A DNA stretch of 60,000 bases, taken from Amphiscolops sp. MND2022. Taxonomy: Eukaryota. The notes under the pieces were generated by a model. The model worked only from the letters and a program-made list of their open reading frames with translations, was not told the origin of the DNA and ran no database searches. The stretch is taken from the NCBI GenBank assembly GCA_964187785.1, contig OZ076409.1, positions 42,658,001-42,718,000 on the forward strand, given 5' to 3'. A program made the position numbers and the translations under genes. This document shows, piece by piece, positions 36,236-47,900 of this stretch; the stretch's first letter is position 1; each line of letters begins with the position of its first letter.

Positions 36236-37799
36236 TGTCGCAGGCTGCCACCTGTGATCTTATTTTATTTTATGTCCCTTTGTGTCGTCTTGGACAGCCA
36301 GTCCGGTTTAATTTAGACCAATCATATTGCAGTATTAGTATGAGTGCTCTGATTTAGTGCTTTTAATTAATGGACGTGATGGCCGTTCACCGATTGTCAA
36401 CTAATAAACCAGTACGTTTGCGGCAGTCGGACATTGAGTCCTAATTTGCATTTTAAGTGCTGTTAACTTTCATTTAAAGGCCATTCACGGCTGTCCACCT
36501 AAATAAATCTCTCACTTATGGCTAGTGGACAGCTAGTCCGGTTAAATATTAACCAATCAGAGCGCAGTATTACTTTCATTTGTTGCTGTACTGAGTTATT
36601 TAATCAAAGGATTAGACGGCCATATGTCGCTTGTCAATAAAGCGCTTGTCCGTTCATGTCTATGGGACGCTGAGTCCGTAACTAAATTAAAAGCGCTAGC
36701 TGGTGAATATTATCAATTGCATAATTGTTGGTGCTTTAATTTCCCATATGATGCATTATTAGTCCTCAAAGGACTTATGAACTACGACAGACAACGTGCT
36801 ATCAGTGCATCTTCATATAATTCATGCAATCCTAACGAGTGTTGAAATACATGTATCCTGTTTAGTTTTATGCATGTAAATCGTTTATTGTCCGTATGGA
36901 CTCACGGGCTTCCCGCCATGTTAACTGTCGGAAAGGCCCTTTGATGTATATAGCGTCATGATGATGCTTGTTACTATTTATAGCATTGGCTATATTTAGA
37001 AAGCCCTTAAGGCTATTTTCAGTTCATGACTGTTAAAATATTGAGTGTCATGCAGTGTTGCATATAAATAACCGGGACTCGTAGTCCCGGGGAACACAAT
37101 TGTTCTGACGCTGTTATAAACTGTTTGATAAATCCGTTCAAATAAACTGTGTTTGCAAGCTTAAGAAAATTAATTTAAATTCTTACCTCTTGCAATAATC
37201 TCTTATGCCTTCCACTAGAAAACAAAGAGCGAAAGGAAGGAGCTGAAGGCAAGTGGACTTGATGTCTGGTGTAGAGAATCTAGACGTAATGTTGGGTTCA
37301 TACTCAAGAAATCAATTAGAAGTTAATTCCGACGATAGAAATGATGAAGTGGACCTTGGGTCTGACAGGACTAGACAGGACGTAGTCCAAAATAGCGAGG
37401 ATTTCAGATCGCTTTCAAATTCAAATAGTAGGGAAAACAGTGAATCTACTATTGAGACCGTGAGGCTAGTAAATTCAGAAGTTTCCAGGAAAATGGAGGA
37501 ATTGAAAAGGGACTTAAATTCCCAAATAGCTGAGACTATAAATTCACTAATCAATGAGAGAAACCTTCCAAATATCCAAAATACCATGACTAATCAAAAT
37601 TCTGTGTTTCGGGAAGAAATGGACCAGAGGTCCGGTAGACTAAACAGGACCGCCGGAGAGAAAAATGCTAGAAAAGCATTGAAAATGAACTCAAAGCCTA
37701 TTTTGGCTAATAGTAGTCGACGAGACTACTTTAGTGGAAACTCTGATGTTTCCCAATCAAGTGACGAAGATCATGACATATTGACCAAGAGTCACGACA
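36236..37799 (+). repeat. 3' LTR (1564 bp), carrying a second copy of the gag N-terminal coding region
   Basis: Direct repeat of 28052-29615; ORF 37253-37933 matches Gag up to LTKSHD and then runs into flanking DNA. Confidence 0.95.
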
Positions 37800-38007
37800 G
37801 TATACGTTTCTTGATTCTTTATAAAATCGTTACCTTCAAAAACGAGAGTTGCACAACCTGCATAGGACGTGCCAAATTGCTAGCGTTTTTGCTATTTGCA
37901 GTATATTTTCACAAATTATGTCAGGTTCAATGATCAAATTTTGTATTTCCAATTCGTCACCCGCATTTTTATTTGAATCATAATAGCTCATTTCGTGGAT
38001 TTATGTC

Positions 38008-41000
38008 TGTTGTATTCTAGACTTGTAAGGTAAAACAGTTTTCTAAAATAATTTCTCTATATATCAAACGAATAGCATCGTTATAAAACATAAAGTGATA
38101 TAATAAAGTTTTTTATCAAATGTCTATTGTTTGTAAATATGGCAGGTAATTGTCTATGACCGAAACTCTGTAGAGGTTAAATATCTAGTCCGGTATTTGA
38201 CAGGTGAACCGTATAGCATTTCCTCTTCTCCCTCGGGCTTCTTCAAAATTGGGATGAGGGCCCGGGTGCTGTCATGTCGCCCGGGAGGAAATCCTGTGAA
38301 TTATGTACCAGTTCCGACAGCGGTTGTGGGGTGCCTTTTGTGCGGTTCCAAAATGGTCCTGTAACAACAATGTTTTAGTCACATGTAAAAGATTCCTTTG
38401 TGTGGTACACTAACGTATCTATTCGGTTTATTTATGTTTCGGTTTGACCGTCTAATATTAGATTTTGAATTCTCAACATGAAGTATCCTTCCGTCAGTAT
38501 GCAATTGCAGGGAATCATTCTCGGGATCAGTCCGGATTGGCTCGTAACTGCCGTCTCTCTCCGACGTATCATACACTCTTCCGGTTCACTCCGGTATCTC
38601 TTCTTCTTCCTCGTCATCATCATCATCGTCTTCCGACTTTGTTTTGATGCGTTTTTGGTTTGGGACGATTCGGAGCTTCCCGTTCAGAATGTCACGCAGT
38701 ATCTTGTCCCAGTTCCCGTATTTGCCGTCTAGTCCTTTCAGGCAATGACGGCTCTTTGAGGTTATCTCCGCTGATACCGCTGGTACCGTCTCTCTTCGGT
38801 GTCTTTTCTCACTTTGAAACAGGTCCCGAAATTAGTTTTCAGTGTATAACTTTTCCCGTATCTGTTTTACGGTATTTTCGGCCCCGCTTATAGCAGTTTG
38901 TGTTTTTGATTGAAGTCTCCCTTCTAGGGATTTTCAGTTGTGTCTCTTTTAAACAAAGTTGAAAGAATACCTAACCGGGATTTTCTTCTTCGGTGATTTG
39001 GTCTTTTGTTTTACCGGCCATTTGCTAAACCGATCTATTGCTATTAGTATTTGTGATTCTTCGTTTCAATTTTTGTTGAATAATTTTCCGGTAAAATCTA
39101 TTTGTAATTCTTGGTTGGGTTAGTTTTCCTAATTTCTCGTGTTGTGTTGATTTTTGGAACTTGGTAATTAGGGTTCTTACCTGTGGCGAGGCATCCCGTG
39201 CAGTCTTTAACTTTCTGCTCTATATCTTTCCGCATCCCCGGCCACCTGAAAAGTTTTGCGTCGAATAGCATTTTTGTTGTGCCGGAATGACCAAAATGTA
39301 ATATCTTGATCAGTCTTCTTTCCAAATCGATGGGTACGGCATTTTGATACATAAACTAGACCCCACTGGATTGATAGATTGTCGAAACCGGTCTGTATCC
39401 TTCCGGTGCCGTGTCTCTTTTTTCTCTCCGCATGCTTGGGCTGTTGTCATCTCCGAATCGATCACCGTTTTTGAAACAAGAGTCTTTAGGTCCATCTTGT
39501 TCTCCGTTAGTTTGCCCACCATATGATTGATTTGTATGTAGTGAGCCATTTGTCCATCTGTGTGGTATTTGCTCAAATCGACGATCGGTAGGTTATCGCT
39601 CCGCATAATTACACTGTCTTCTTCGGTGTCCACCGTATTTTGGTGAGCTTGTACTTCTCCATTTTCCGGAGCTTCTGTTTCTTCTTCTTCTTTGGTGATT
39701 TCTAGCGGTTGGTAGCCCCACCTATCGGGTTCGCTCGGTGTGTAAGTTTTTCATCGATTTCTGCAATCTCTTCCCGTCTACTCTTGTTTGGCCTTGACGG
39801 TGCAAATATAATTCTTTGTGATTGTGGATCATATCTTCTCCGCATAGTTCCCAATCTAACAAGATTTTCTCTCCTTTCCACAAGTCTTCTGGTCTCCGGG
39901 CTTTTATTTCTTCTCCGAATAAGTTCCATTATCTCGCGGGAGGCTCCCCAGTGAAGTAAATTTTCTCGGTTCAATCCGTATTCAGTATAGCGATTTTTGA
40001 ATTTAAACTGCTTTTCACGGTGTTAATATATTCGTTGACGTGGTTTTTGTTCTCGAATGTTCTATTTGTTTGTGATTCTTTTGCTCATTTTCATTTCGGT
40101 TTTCCTTTCGAACGACTCTTCGGTATCTTCTGTTCTTGAATTTGATTGGTTGTCGAACAGCGAACTATATTTTGCGTTCAGTGCGGCGTAATCAGTAAGG
40201 ACGTTGATCACATAATCTTCGTCGTATTTGTTTTCTATCGCGGCTCCCCCTGCCGGATTTCTGCTGATAAAATTGGTAAATTTTAGGTTTCTGCCTGTGA
40301 TATGCTGAACTGCGATGTCAAAGTGTGCCAATTTATCCAGCCACCGGGTTAACCTTGCGCTATTTTGTTGATTGCTTTGGTTGCGTTTTATTATTGATTC
40401 TAATGCTTGGTGGATGGTGTACGAGTGTATTTTCTTTCCGTAAAGATAAAATCGGAATTTTTCTAAACCCCAAACTACTGCTATCAGTTCCAATTCACCG
40501 AGAGAATAATTCTTTTCGGTATCATTCAGACATCTGCTACCGAATGCAATCGGTTTTATGTTTCGGATGCCTTGTTTTTGCCAAAGGAAAATCACGAGTC
40601 CGGTTTTACTTGCGTCCGTTTTAACAAAAATTTTGGCTGAATTTTGCCCCGCTGATTGCGAATACGCATTGTTGGCTTGTTTTTTTTCGATAATTTCATT
40701 TGTCCGTATGCGTAATCTAAATCAATTTTTGACATGAATAATTGGGCTGTTCGGTCGCGGGTAATTTCTACCGATATCTGATTCAATAATTTCTCAATGT
40801 TCGGCATGTGTGGTCTTCGCTTTATACAACTATCGTTTAAATTTCGGGAATCGAGTGCTATTTTCACCAAATTATCGTTTTTCACCGTTATAGCTATCGG
40901 TGACACAAAGCAGTCCTCATCCATCGTTATTTACCATTTCAAGGTGTCCAGCTTTTATCAGTTTCTCCAGTTTTGTACCCTACATCGTCCTGTAGGTGCA

Positions 41001-42665
41001 GTGGGATGGGTCTGGCCTTTTGCTTCACCGGAAATTGTCCCTGTTTTAGCTGTATATTTATTTGGGAGTCTTTTATTGTTCGGTTGTTCTCAAACAAGTC
41101 CGGAAATTTGTTGAGTATTCTCTCTTCTTCTAATTGATTAATCTCGGCAAAATGAATTCTTCCGATTGTTAATTTGAATCTTTTCATCCAGTCTATTCCC
41201 AAGAGTGGTGTTATATCCGTTCTTTCGGTAATCAGGATCTCCATCTTCTCTTTGTTATTTCCGTATTCTATGTTCGCCGGTATCTTTCCCCGGATTGCCA
41301 CTTCGTTGTTATTAACGTCTTGGTATCGGTTCGTATTTTCTGTAATTCGGTTCGTTTCGGTATCTGTTCATCGAAGGGCATTATTGTTACCGGTGATCCG
41401 GTATCAATTATGAATTCTTTTTGTATCACATTTATTTTTACCTTCGCTGTGTAATGTTTCTGTTTTGTTTTCGATATTCTTTATTTCTTCTGTATGGTCT
41501 ATACTTTCATCGGATTCGCTGAGAGATTCATTTGGTTCTTCCTCTGTTTCTTCGGTAAGTTTTTTCACTGTTCGGTTGTTGTTTTGTCTTTGCCGGCATG
41601 CCCTTGCGTAGTGTCCCTTTTTTCCGCAATTGTTGCAATTCGACTCCGATTCCGGACACTTATGTAGTGGGTTGTTGCAAAATCTGAATGGTCGGGTTCC
41701 CATAAAGTTTGTTTTTGGTCTAGAACCGAATGTTTCCATTCTGTGTATCGGTTCATCTATCATCAATTGTTTTTTTTCCTTGTGATCAAAGCTTCGGGTC
41801 TTGTGTTCTTTCTGTTCTTCTTCTCATATGTGTTTTCTTTTCTCTGTTCAATTGCTTTTTTTGTTTTTTCATTTCGAGGGTTTTTTCCTCCATCATCTTG
41901 TCCCGTAACTTTTTATCGATGATCGCCGTCATATATTTTGAAATCAATAACTCTTCGGCTGATATGATGTTAAAGTTGCATTCTTTCTCAATTTCGAATA
42001 TTCTTCTCCAGAACTCTTCCGGTGAACCATTTTCCGATTGTTTTGCCCAAAAAACATCGCCTCGATTGTCGTATGTGTTACGCTTCGGTAGGTAGTGTTC
42101 GGTATATAACCTATTTAGGTCTTTCATTTTTATACTGTCCGGTTCCGTTCTTTATTCGGCTCGGGTTATTTGGTATAGGGCTTCTGGCCCCACTCCCCAA
42201 ATAAAATCTTCTTGGAAGGCTGTTTCTTTTCCGGTCCATGTGTTATCTGTAATATCTTCTCCTTTCAATAATGGTGTAATGTCGATTTTATGTTCCCGTT
42301 TCGTAAACTGCCGGAATTTTTCTAGCCACTGCCTCGGTGTGAATATTGGATTTCCGTCTGATGCTTTTGCTTCTAAGTTCGGTACGATGTTTTTCTATGT
42401 CATGGTTTCAGTTTAGGAAATTTCAATTTGGTTAAAATCTCGCTTACTGTGCCATGTTGTATTCTAGACTTGTAAGGTAAAACAGTTTTCTAAAATAACT
42501 TCTTTCTATAACAAACGTATAGCATCGTAACAAAACATAAAGTGATATATTGAAGTTTCATATCAAATATCTTTTGTTTGTAAATATGGCAGGTAATTGT
42601 CTTTGACCGAAACTCGGTAGAAGTTAAATATCTAGTCCGGTATTAGACAGTTGAACCGTATAACA
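38008..42665 (-). mobile_element. Decayed Ty3/gypsy LTR retrotransposon, short-LTR lineage
   Basis: 211-bp LTRs at 38008-38218 and 42455-42665, visibly diverged; TSD ATGTC; minus-strand PBS TGGCACAGTAAG and PPT GGGAGAAGAGGAAA. Confidence 0.92.
38379..42403 (-). pseudogene. Fragmented gag-pol
   Basis: Gag MT*KNIVPNLEAKASDG; CCHC CNNCGKKGHYARAC; protease IDTGSP; RT KIALDSRNLN and IDLDYAYGQM; RNase H ELELIAVVWGLEKFRFYLYG; integrase HFGHSG..CTGC; many frameshifts and deletions. Confidence 0.85.
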
Positions 42666-42827
42666 ATGTCGAACGGTTTATGAAAGTAATATTTGCGGGA
42701 AGTGAGCTGTTAGTTTTCATGAGCGCCGTACTCGGGGTTCTTGCAATATCTGGTTGTAAAAATTAGCAGTTAAACATTTAGCATCTACCCTTTTCCAAAA
42801 AGTGCCAGTAGCATACTATTTACTATG

Positions 42828-42948
42828 AAAAGTGAAAAGTTGAGATCACTAAGAGTTGAATGCTGGGATACTTAGATGCTACTGGCCTGCATGATGGGTA
42901 TTTTATTGAAAAACCTACAAAGTTCAGTGATCTCAACTTTTCACTTTT
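42828..42948. repeat. Perfect 23-bp inverted repeat pair (small MITE-like unit)
   Basis: aaaagtgaaaagttgagatcact (42828-42850) / agtgatctcaacttttcactttt (42926-42948). Confidence 0.75.
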
Positions 42949-43934
42949 AAAAGTAAAATTGGAGGAAAAATCTCATTTCCAAACCGACACAATCACAATG
43001 TTTGCACCCTTTGATTTCTCAACTACTCATCTGATGAATAAACACTTCTCGGATAACACGCTAAAGATGACGCTAGTTTGTCCTTCATATTGCGATGAAG
43101 TCAATTCGCCATAAAACGGCCATAAAAATATTACCTTTTTGATAACGTTATTTGCTTATAAAAATAGAACTGTTTCCTAAAAATTTCAAGGCTTCAAATC
43201 GCCGCCAATTTTAGAGTGCGTCTTTCAAGCAGCTTCATAAAAGTCGAATATAGCAGGGAAATCTTTTCATATAAAGAGTTTTATATAGTCGTAATAAAAA
43301 AGATAATTGCAACTTGAAAGAGTATGCAGAAAGTTCAACAAAGTCCAGCATTCTTCCTCATATGATATTGCTTTTCAGCAAGGTTTTTCAGAGCTCAACC
43401 AAAGCTGGATTTTTGTCTCTGGCCTCACTAATCTTTTGGGATCGACTTTGTTGAACTCTAGTCGGGTTATTGATAAAAGTTGCGAACTTTTGTTTACAGC
43501 TGGAAAATTGGTAAATGACCGAAGTATTCCCACGAGAAGCATCGGGGTCTAGACGTAAAGAACAAGCGAAAAATTCTTCGTGATGAGTGTGAATGTATGG
43601 GACTAAGTCTTTGCTCAACAACAAAAATCTAATTGTCTGCAAAAAAATTCCGACTCAGGGAGTCAGCTTTCTTGATGTCCATTTCGAACCAATCTTCGAT
43701 TTAAAAATGACAGCTATATTTTCAAAACCACTGCCTAACTAGCTTTTGAAAACAGCTCTGGAAAAAAACCATGACGTTAGGAAAAATCCCATTTCCCAAT
43801 CTTAAGACGATCCCCGAGCGGGGTTCAAATAAATTACACATTCTTTCAAACCACGCAATCGACCCAAGTTGACATTGGTGGTTCATTCTCGGCCTTTCAT
43901 CCATGATCATAGCTACTACATGGGGGCATAGCTC

Positions 43935-44321
43935 GGGGAGCATGGCGTAGTGGTTAGAGCATTCGGCATGTACTGGGGCGGTATCAGGATCGAATCTCTC
44001 TCAACTCACCATTGTTGGGCCTTGAGCAAGTCTTTCATCCCTAGCTTAGTGGTATGGTCAGTGACAAAAAATAACGCATTTGGTGGAGAAAAGCAAAATA
44101 AAAAGAGCAACGGTGAGAAGTCAGACCTTTGAGACCTTGAGCAAATCACTCTGAAACCACAGCTTCAAGTCCACCATTGCTTGACCACTTGGCTGCAAAT
44201 ATGGTACCGTAGCTTGCTATGGGGAGATAGTATCCGAAAGGGCGCCGACTTAGAAAAGCAGAACTGCTTATTTGGCGTCCACCCCGCGAAATTGGGGAAA
44301 TAAACTTTCTTCTTCTTCTTC
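43935..44321 (+). mobile_element. Full-length tRNA-derived SINE (~385 bp)
   Basis: A box TGGCGTAGTGG, B-box-like GGATCGAATC, two ccttgagcaa motifs, and aataaac followed by a (TTC)n tail; three further copies in the window. Confidence 0.88.
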
Positions 44322-44864
44322 GTGGCATTACATTCGAACATTCGAATCATGGCCAACAATACATGGTGTTTTTCATAACTTTCGAATCATGGCTAATCAT
44401 ACATGATCAAAAACATGATAAGAACTTTCAGTTCACCAATATACTATTCAAGTGGTGTTGAAGAGCGTCACTTTCATCAAAATAAATGAAAGTTTAGGCC
44501 ATGAAAGATTGAGGGTTTTTCACGATCATTCAATAATTACCGGCATGGCGGCCCCATGATTCATGGATGAACCATGGATGGAAAATCATGACCTACCCAA
44601 TTTAAACAATCATGACCTACCAAGTTTGGACAGTTTACAGGTTTTTGTGGATTGTTAAGTTAGGTTATCATGATTTTAAAAATCTCTCAAGGAAACGTCT
44701 ATGCATCAAATTTCACTGATTTAATTGAACTCTATCAAACTGCCTGAAAGATGCATCCTAAAGATGGCGGCAATTCAGAGCCATGAAGTTTTACAAGTAG
44801 GGCACTAGGGGTATTTGAACATAGCTGACTACGTTATAATAATTATTCCGACAAAATATGCAGG

Positions 44865-44930
44865 GACCACACTTACACTATAGGGACCACACTTAGTAAG
44901 GAGAAATCGCTTGGGACCACACTTAGTCAG
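44865..44930 (+). repeat. Three copies of GGGACCACACTTA (probable transposon subterminal repeats)
   Basis: Exact 13-mer at about 44863, 44883 and 44913. Confidence 0.7.
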
Positions 44931-47900
44931 GAGTACCGAAATGAATGTTCACTCAACTTCGAAAACAAATTCAGCTTTATGATGTCTTGAAATTTCGAAG
45001 TAGAAGAATCCGAAGATGACCGGTTAGTCATTATAAACATGCCTTTGCCCATTCATTTGACCGTATCTACATCTACATTGATCTTATTCCGGAAAAAAAT
45101 AGCTTACAATCAAGATTTCTCAAGAAAATCGCATTGATTTCCGAATTCAAGTCGATTTCACGCCCTTGTTTCACTGAAAAAAAAAGAAGACCAAAGATGA
45201 AGATTTTTCCAAAGAAGCCTTTCAGGCTCATTTTATTGAATTTCTGCGAAAAGGTTTTGCACTGAATTTATTCAAAATTTTTACTCCACTTTATTCATTG
45301 ACAAAAAGAATGGCTGACTTTCCCCATGTTTTTGTTATGAAAGTGTGCCATTTTATGCCATGTGAAGGATATGACGTAATTTACCAAGAGTGACGCATTC
45401 ATATTCATTGGCTTCCATTGAAAGGACGACAGGAGCAAAGATTAATAGATCTGTAAGGAGAAAGAACTAGAGGCGAGAATTAGCTTTTCCGCGCATAGGC
45501 ACCCAAGAAGGATTAAATGTTGAATGCAAAATTAAAGACAGTATGCAGAGAATTATTGAATTACATGCTCAAAAGTGGGCGCCATTATTCCTCCCATTTG
45601 CGGCATTGATTGCGCAATGTGTTCACTGCCCCCGCAGAGACTAGGGACGGGTTACAGACTTCAACTCCTCCGGCCGCTAACTGGTACTTTACGCCGAGTA
45701 GTTTTGAGACTTTTTTTCCCCTACGGACTTATATCATCTTTTTCTGAAAATACGTGATGAAAGCTATAACTATGAACACTTATGTCGATAGCTTATTTCG
45801 GAATTTCTTAGATTTTAATAATAGTCAATTTTATCATTCCAGACGCAGTTTTCCAATTTTTCGTTTTTTAAACAACTTTGGTCGTCGTGGAATTGTGGAA
45901 AAGAGGCCCAGTAATATCTATAGGGGGAGGAGTAAAATGACGCTGGTATGTGCAAGGGATTGAGATTAGAATGCTACAGCTAAGATAGAAGCTGTTTTGT
46001 TTGAATTGTCAGAATATCTTGCTGTTTATAAAGTCATAAATGGTGATGAATTGTTTAACGAGCGGGCAGGGGTCATTCGATTGCATCCATAATCCACTCA
46101 CAACCAAGATTGATTGTTTTCTAAACAACCACGTCAAACACATCTTCATAAATTAATGAAAAGAACCATGCAAAATTTTTACAAGTGAAGAGCGTGAAAA
46201 TGATCACAAACAATACCATAGCTTTTCATGTGACGTCGCAGTTCTGGTCGTCAAAAACGGAAGGATCGAAATTTGAAGGTCGAGTCTGTAGATTGCTTGA
46301 CATGGGAAGATTAATTATTCTGTGCGTGGTTTAATAATAATCTGGATTAATCCACAGAGGAAGAGAAAATTGAGAGTGAAAATCCTTCAAAGGTTGCATA
46401 TTTTTGAGGATCTGGTTAAAATGTTTCCCAATTTTCTTGAAATGACACCAAGGTTTTTGATTTCCGAATTGTTTCAATGCTTCGAAAAATATATGGGCAT
46501 TATTTATTATTTTCTTTTCCGAATACCTTCTGCGTACTCCCAAAAAATCGCAACTTTTTAGATTTGTATCAGAAGCACAGCTACTTGATTAGAAGTCAGA
46601 TGGTGATCAATATGCAGCAAATTATGCAGTACTACGTAGTATTTCACCAGTTCGAATAACTCTTCTACTTTGCTTGCTTACTTTTAGCTTCATTTTTGTT
46701 GCTTGAAAAGTACCCACTAACCAAAATCTGGTTCCTTAGAGGGGGCGGTGCTTTCGAGACGGCTGGCCATCCATTCATAGCCTAAAGGCGAGACAGGAAA
46801 GAAAACTTGCGGATAAATTTGAATGAAAGATAATGAACCTTGAAAGTTGAACGCAACATCGAAAGTGCTTCATTAAAATTTCTTTTCAGCAACGGCATAA
46901 TCGCAGACGTGTCCCTAAAAGCAGAAGACTTCGCAGTCTCTCTTCTGTGGGTTGATTAAAATAAATGAGGCGAATGTGCTGCGAGCGAGTTGCACACATC
47001 AGCCAGTGGATTGTTCTCTTCTTGTGTGTGCCTTTTTCACACTGTCTTCTAATTAGGTTAATTACGTCCAGAACAACGGATCCCACAAAGCTATGATTGA
47101 GCCACTGAAGGCATCAGGGTACAGGGGCTATTCTTTCACCCCACCCCTACCTTATTCTAATTTTGATGGAAAATTACAGAAAAATGACCGAAAAAGAACG
47201 TTTTTTGTTACAAGTTAGATATTCTCAAAACCTTTATGATATGCTGAATACACGAGAAAAAAGCGTGGAGTCAAAACATTAACAAAAATATTGGACGATA
47301 ACATCACTGAAAATGTTCAATTCATATAATACGCCAGCTATGCAGTCGGCATTTTTCCACCATGGATAACTTCAGTTTTGAGCAAGCTCTGATGTGTTTA
47401 GGACCTGCAGAAAGATAATCAAACAATATTGAATGTTATATTATTAGGCACTATTTGCAATTTTGAGTGATTCTGTTTTGGGAATTTTTCAACTATTTGA
47501 AGTGATGAAAGTTGACAATGAATAACGACTGGATAATGACTTATCAAGGGCTAAGCACTCGAAGACAAGTTTCACATCTTCCATTACTAATTGCCCGCAC
47601 GGCATTTAAAAATTTGTTCAATTCGAACAGCACTATAAGTGTTTCTTGCATATTGGAAAAATAGCCAAAACGAAAAAGAGGACTCGACTGCTATAATAAC
47701 AACTGTTTCCACGTCTTTCAAAATTTTGGGTTGATATCTAGTCCAAACTTTGACAGACTCAGTGTCCCTGTTTCCTAAATATAACGAACTCATGATATTT
47801 TGTATCTCTGAGATTACTCTATCAGTAATGACTGAATTGATAACTCTATTGTAGGAAACTGGCCTTCATGGTTGAAGTCCCGAATTTCAATTTCATGGTC

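Larger units (their letters stand above)
28052..37799 (+). mobile_element. Ty3/gypsy LTR retrotransposon, long-LTR lineage, internally deleted (non-autonomous)
   Basis: 1564-bp LTRs TGTCG...CGACA; TSD GTATA (28047-28051 and 37800-37804); PBS TGGTAACAGGAGC at 29616; PPT AGGGGGAG before 36236. Confidence 0.95.

Noticed and set aside
28052..37799. Segmental duplication or assembly duplication of 1.56 kb
   Set aside because: TG...CA ends, a 5-bp TSD, PBS and PPT identify the repeats as LTRs of a single element.
43935..44010. tRNA gene (A and B boxes; also at 12475-12535 and 24430-24490)
   Set aside because: No complete cloverleaf or acceptor stem; each continues into the same ~300-bp body and tail, so these are SINE heads.
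44240..44252. GGCGCCGACTT shared between the SINE and the Helentron-like subTIR
   Set aside because: An 11-bp match without surrounding similarity; could be chance.
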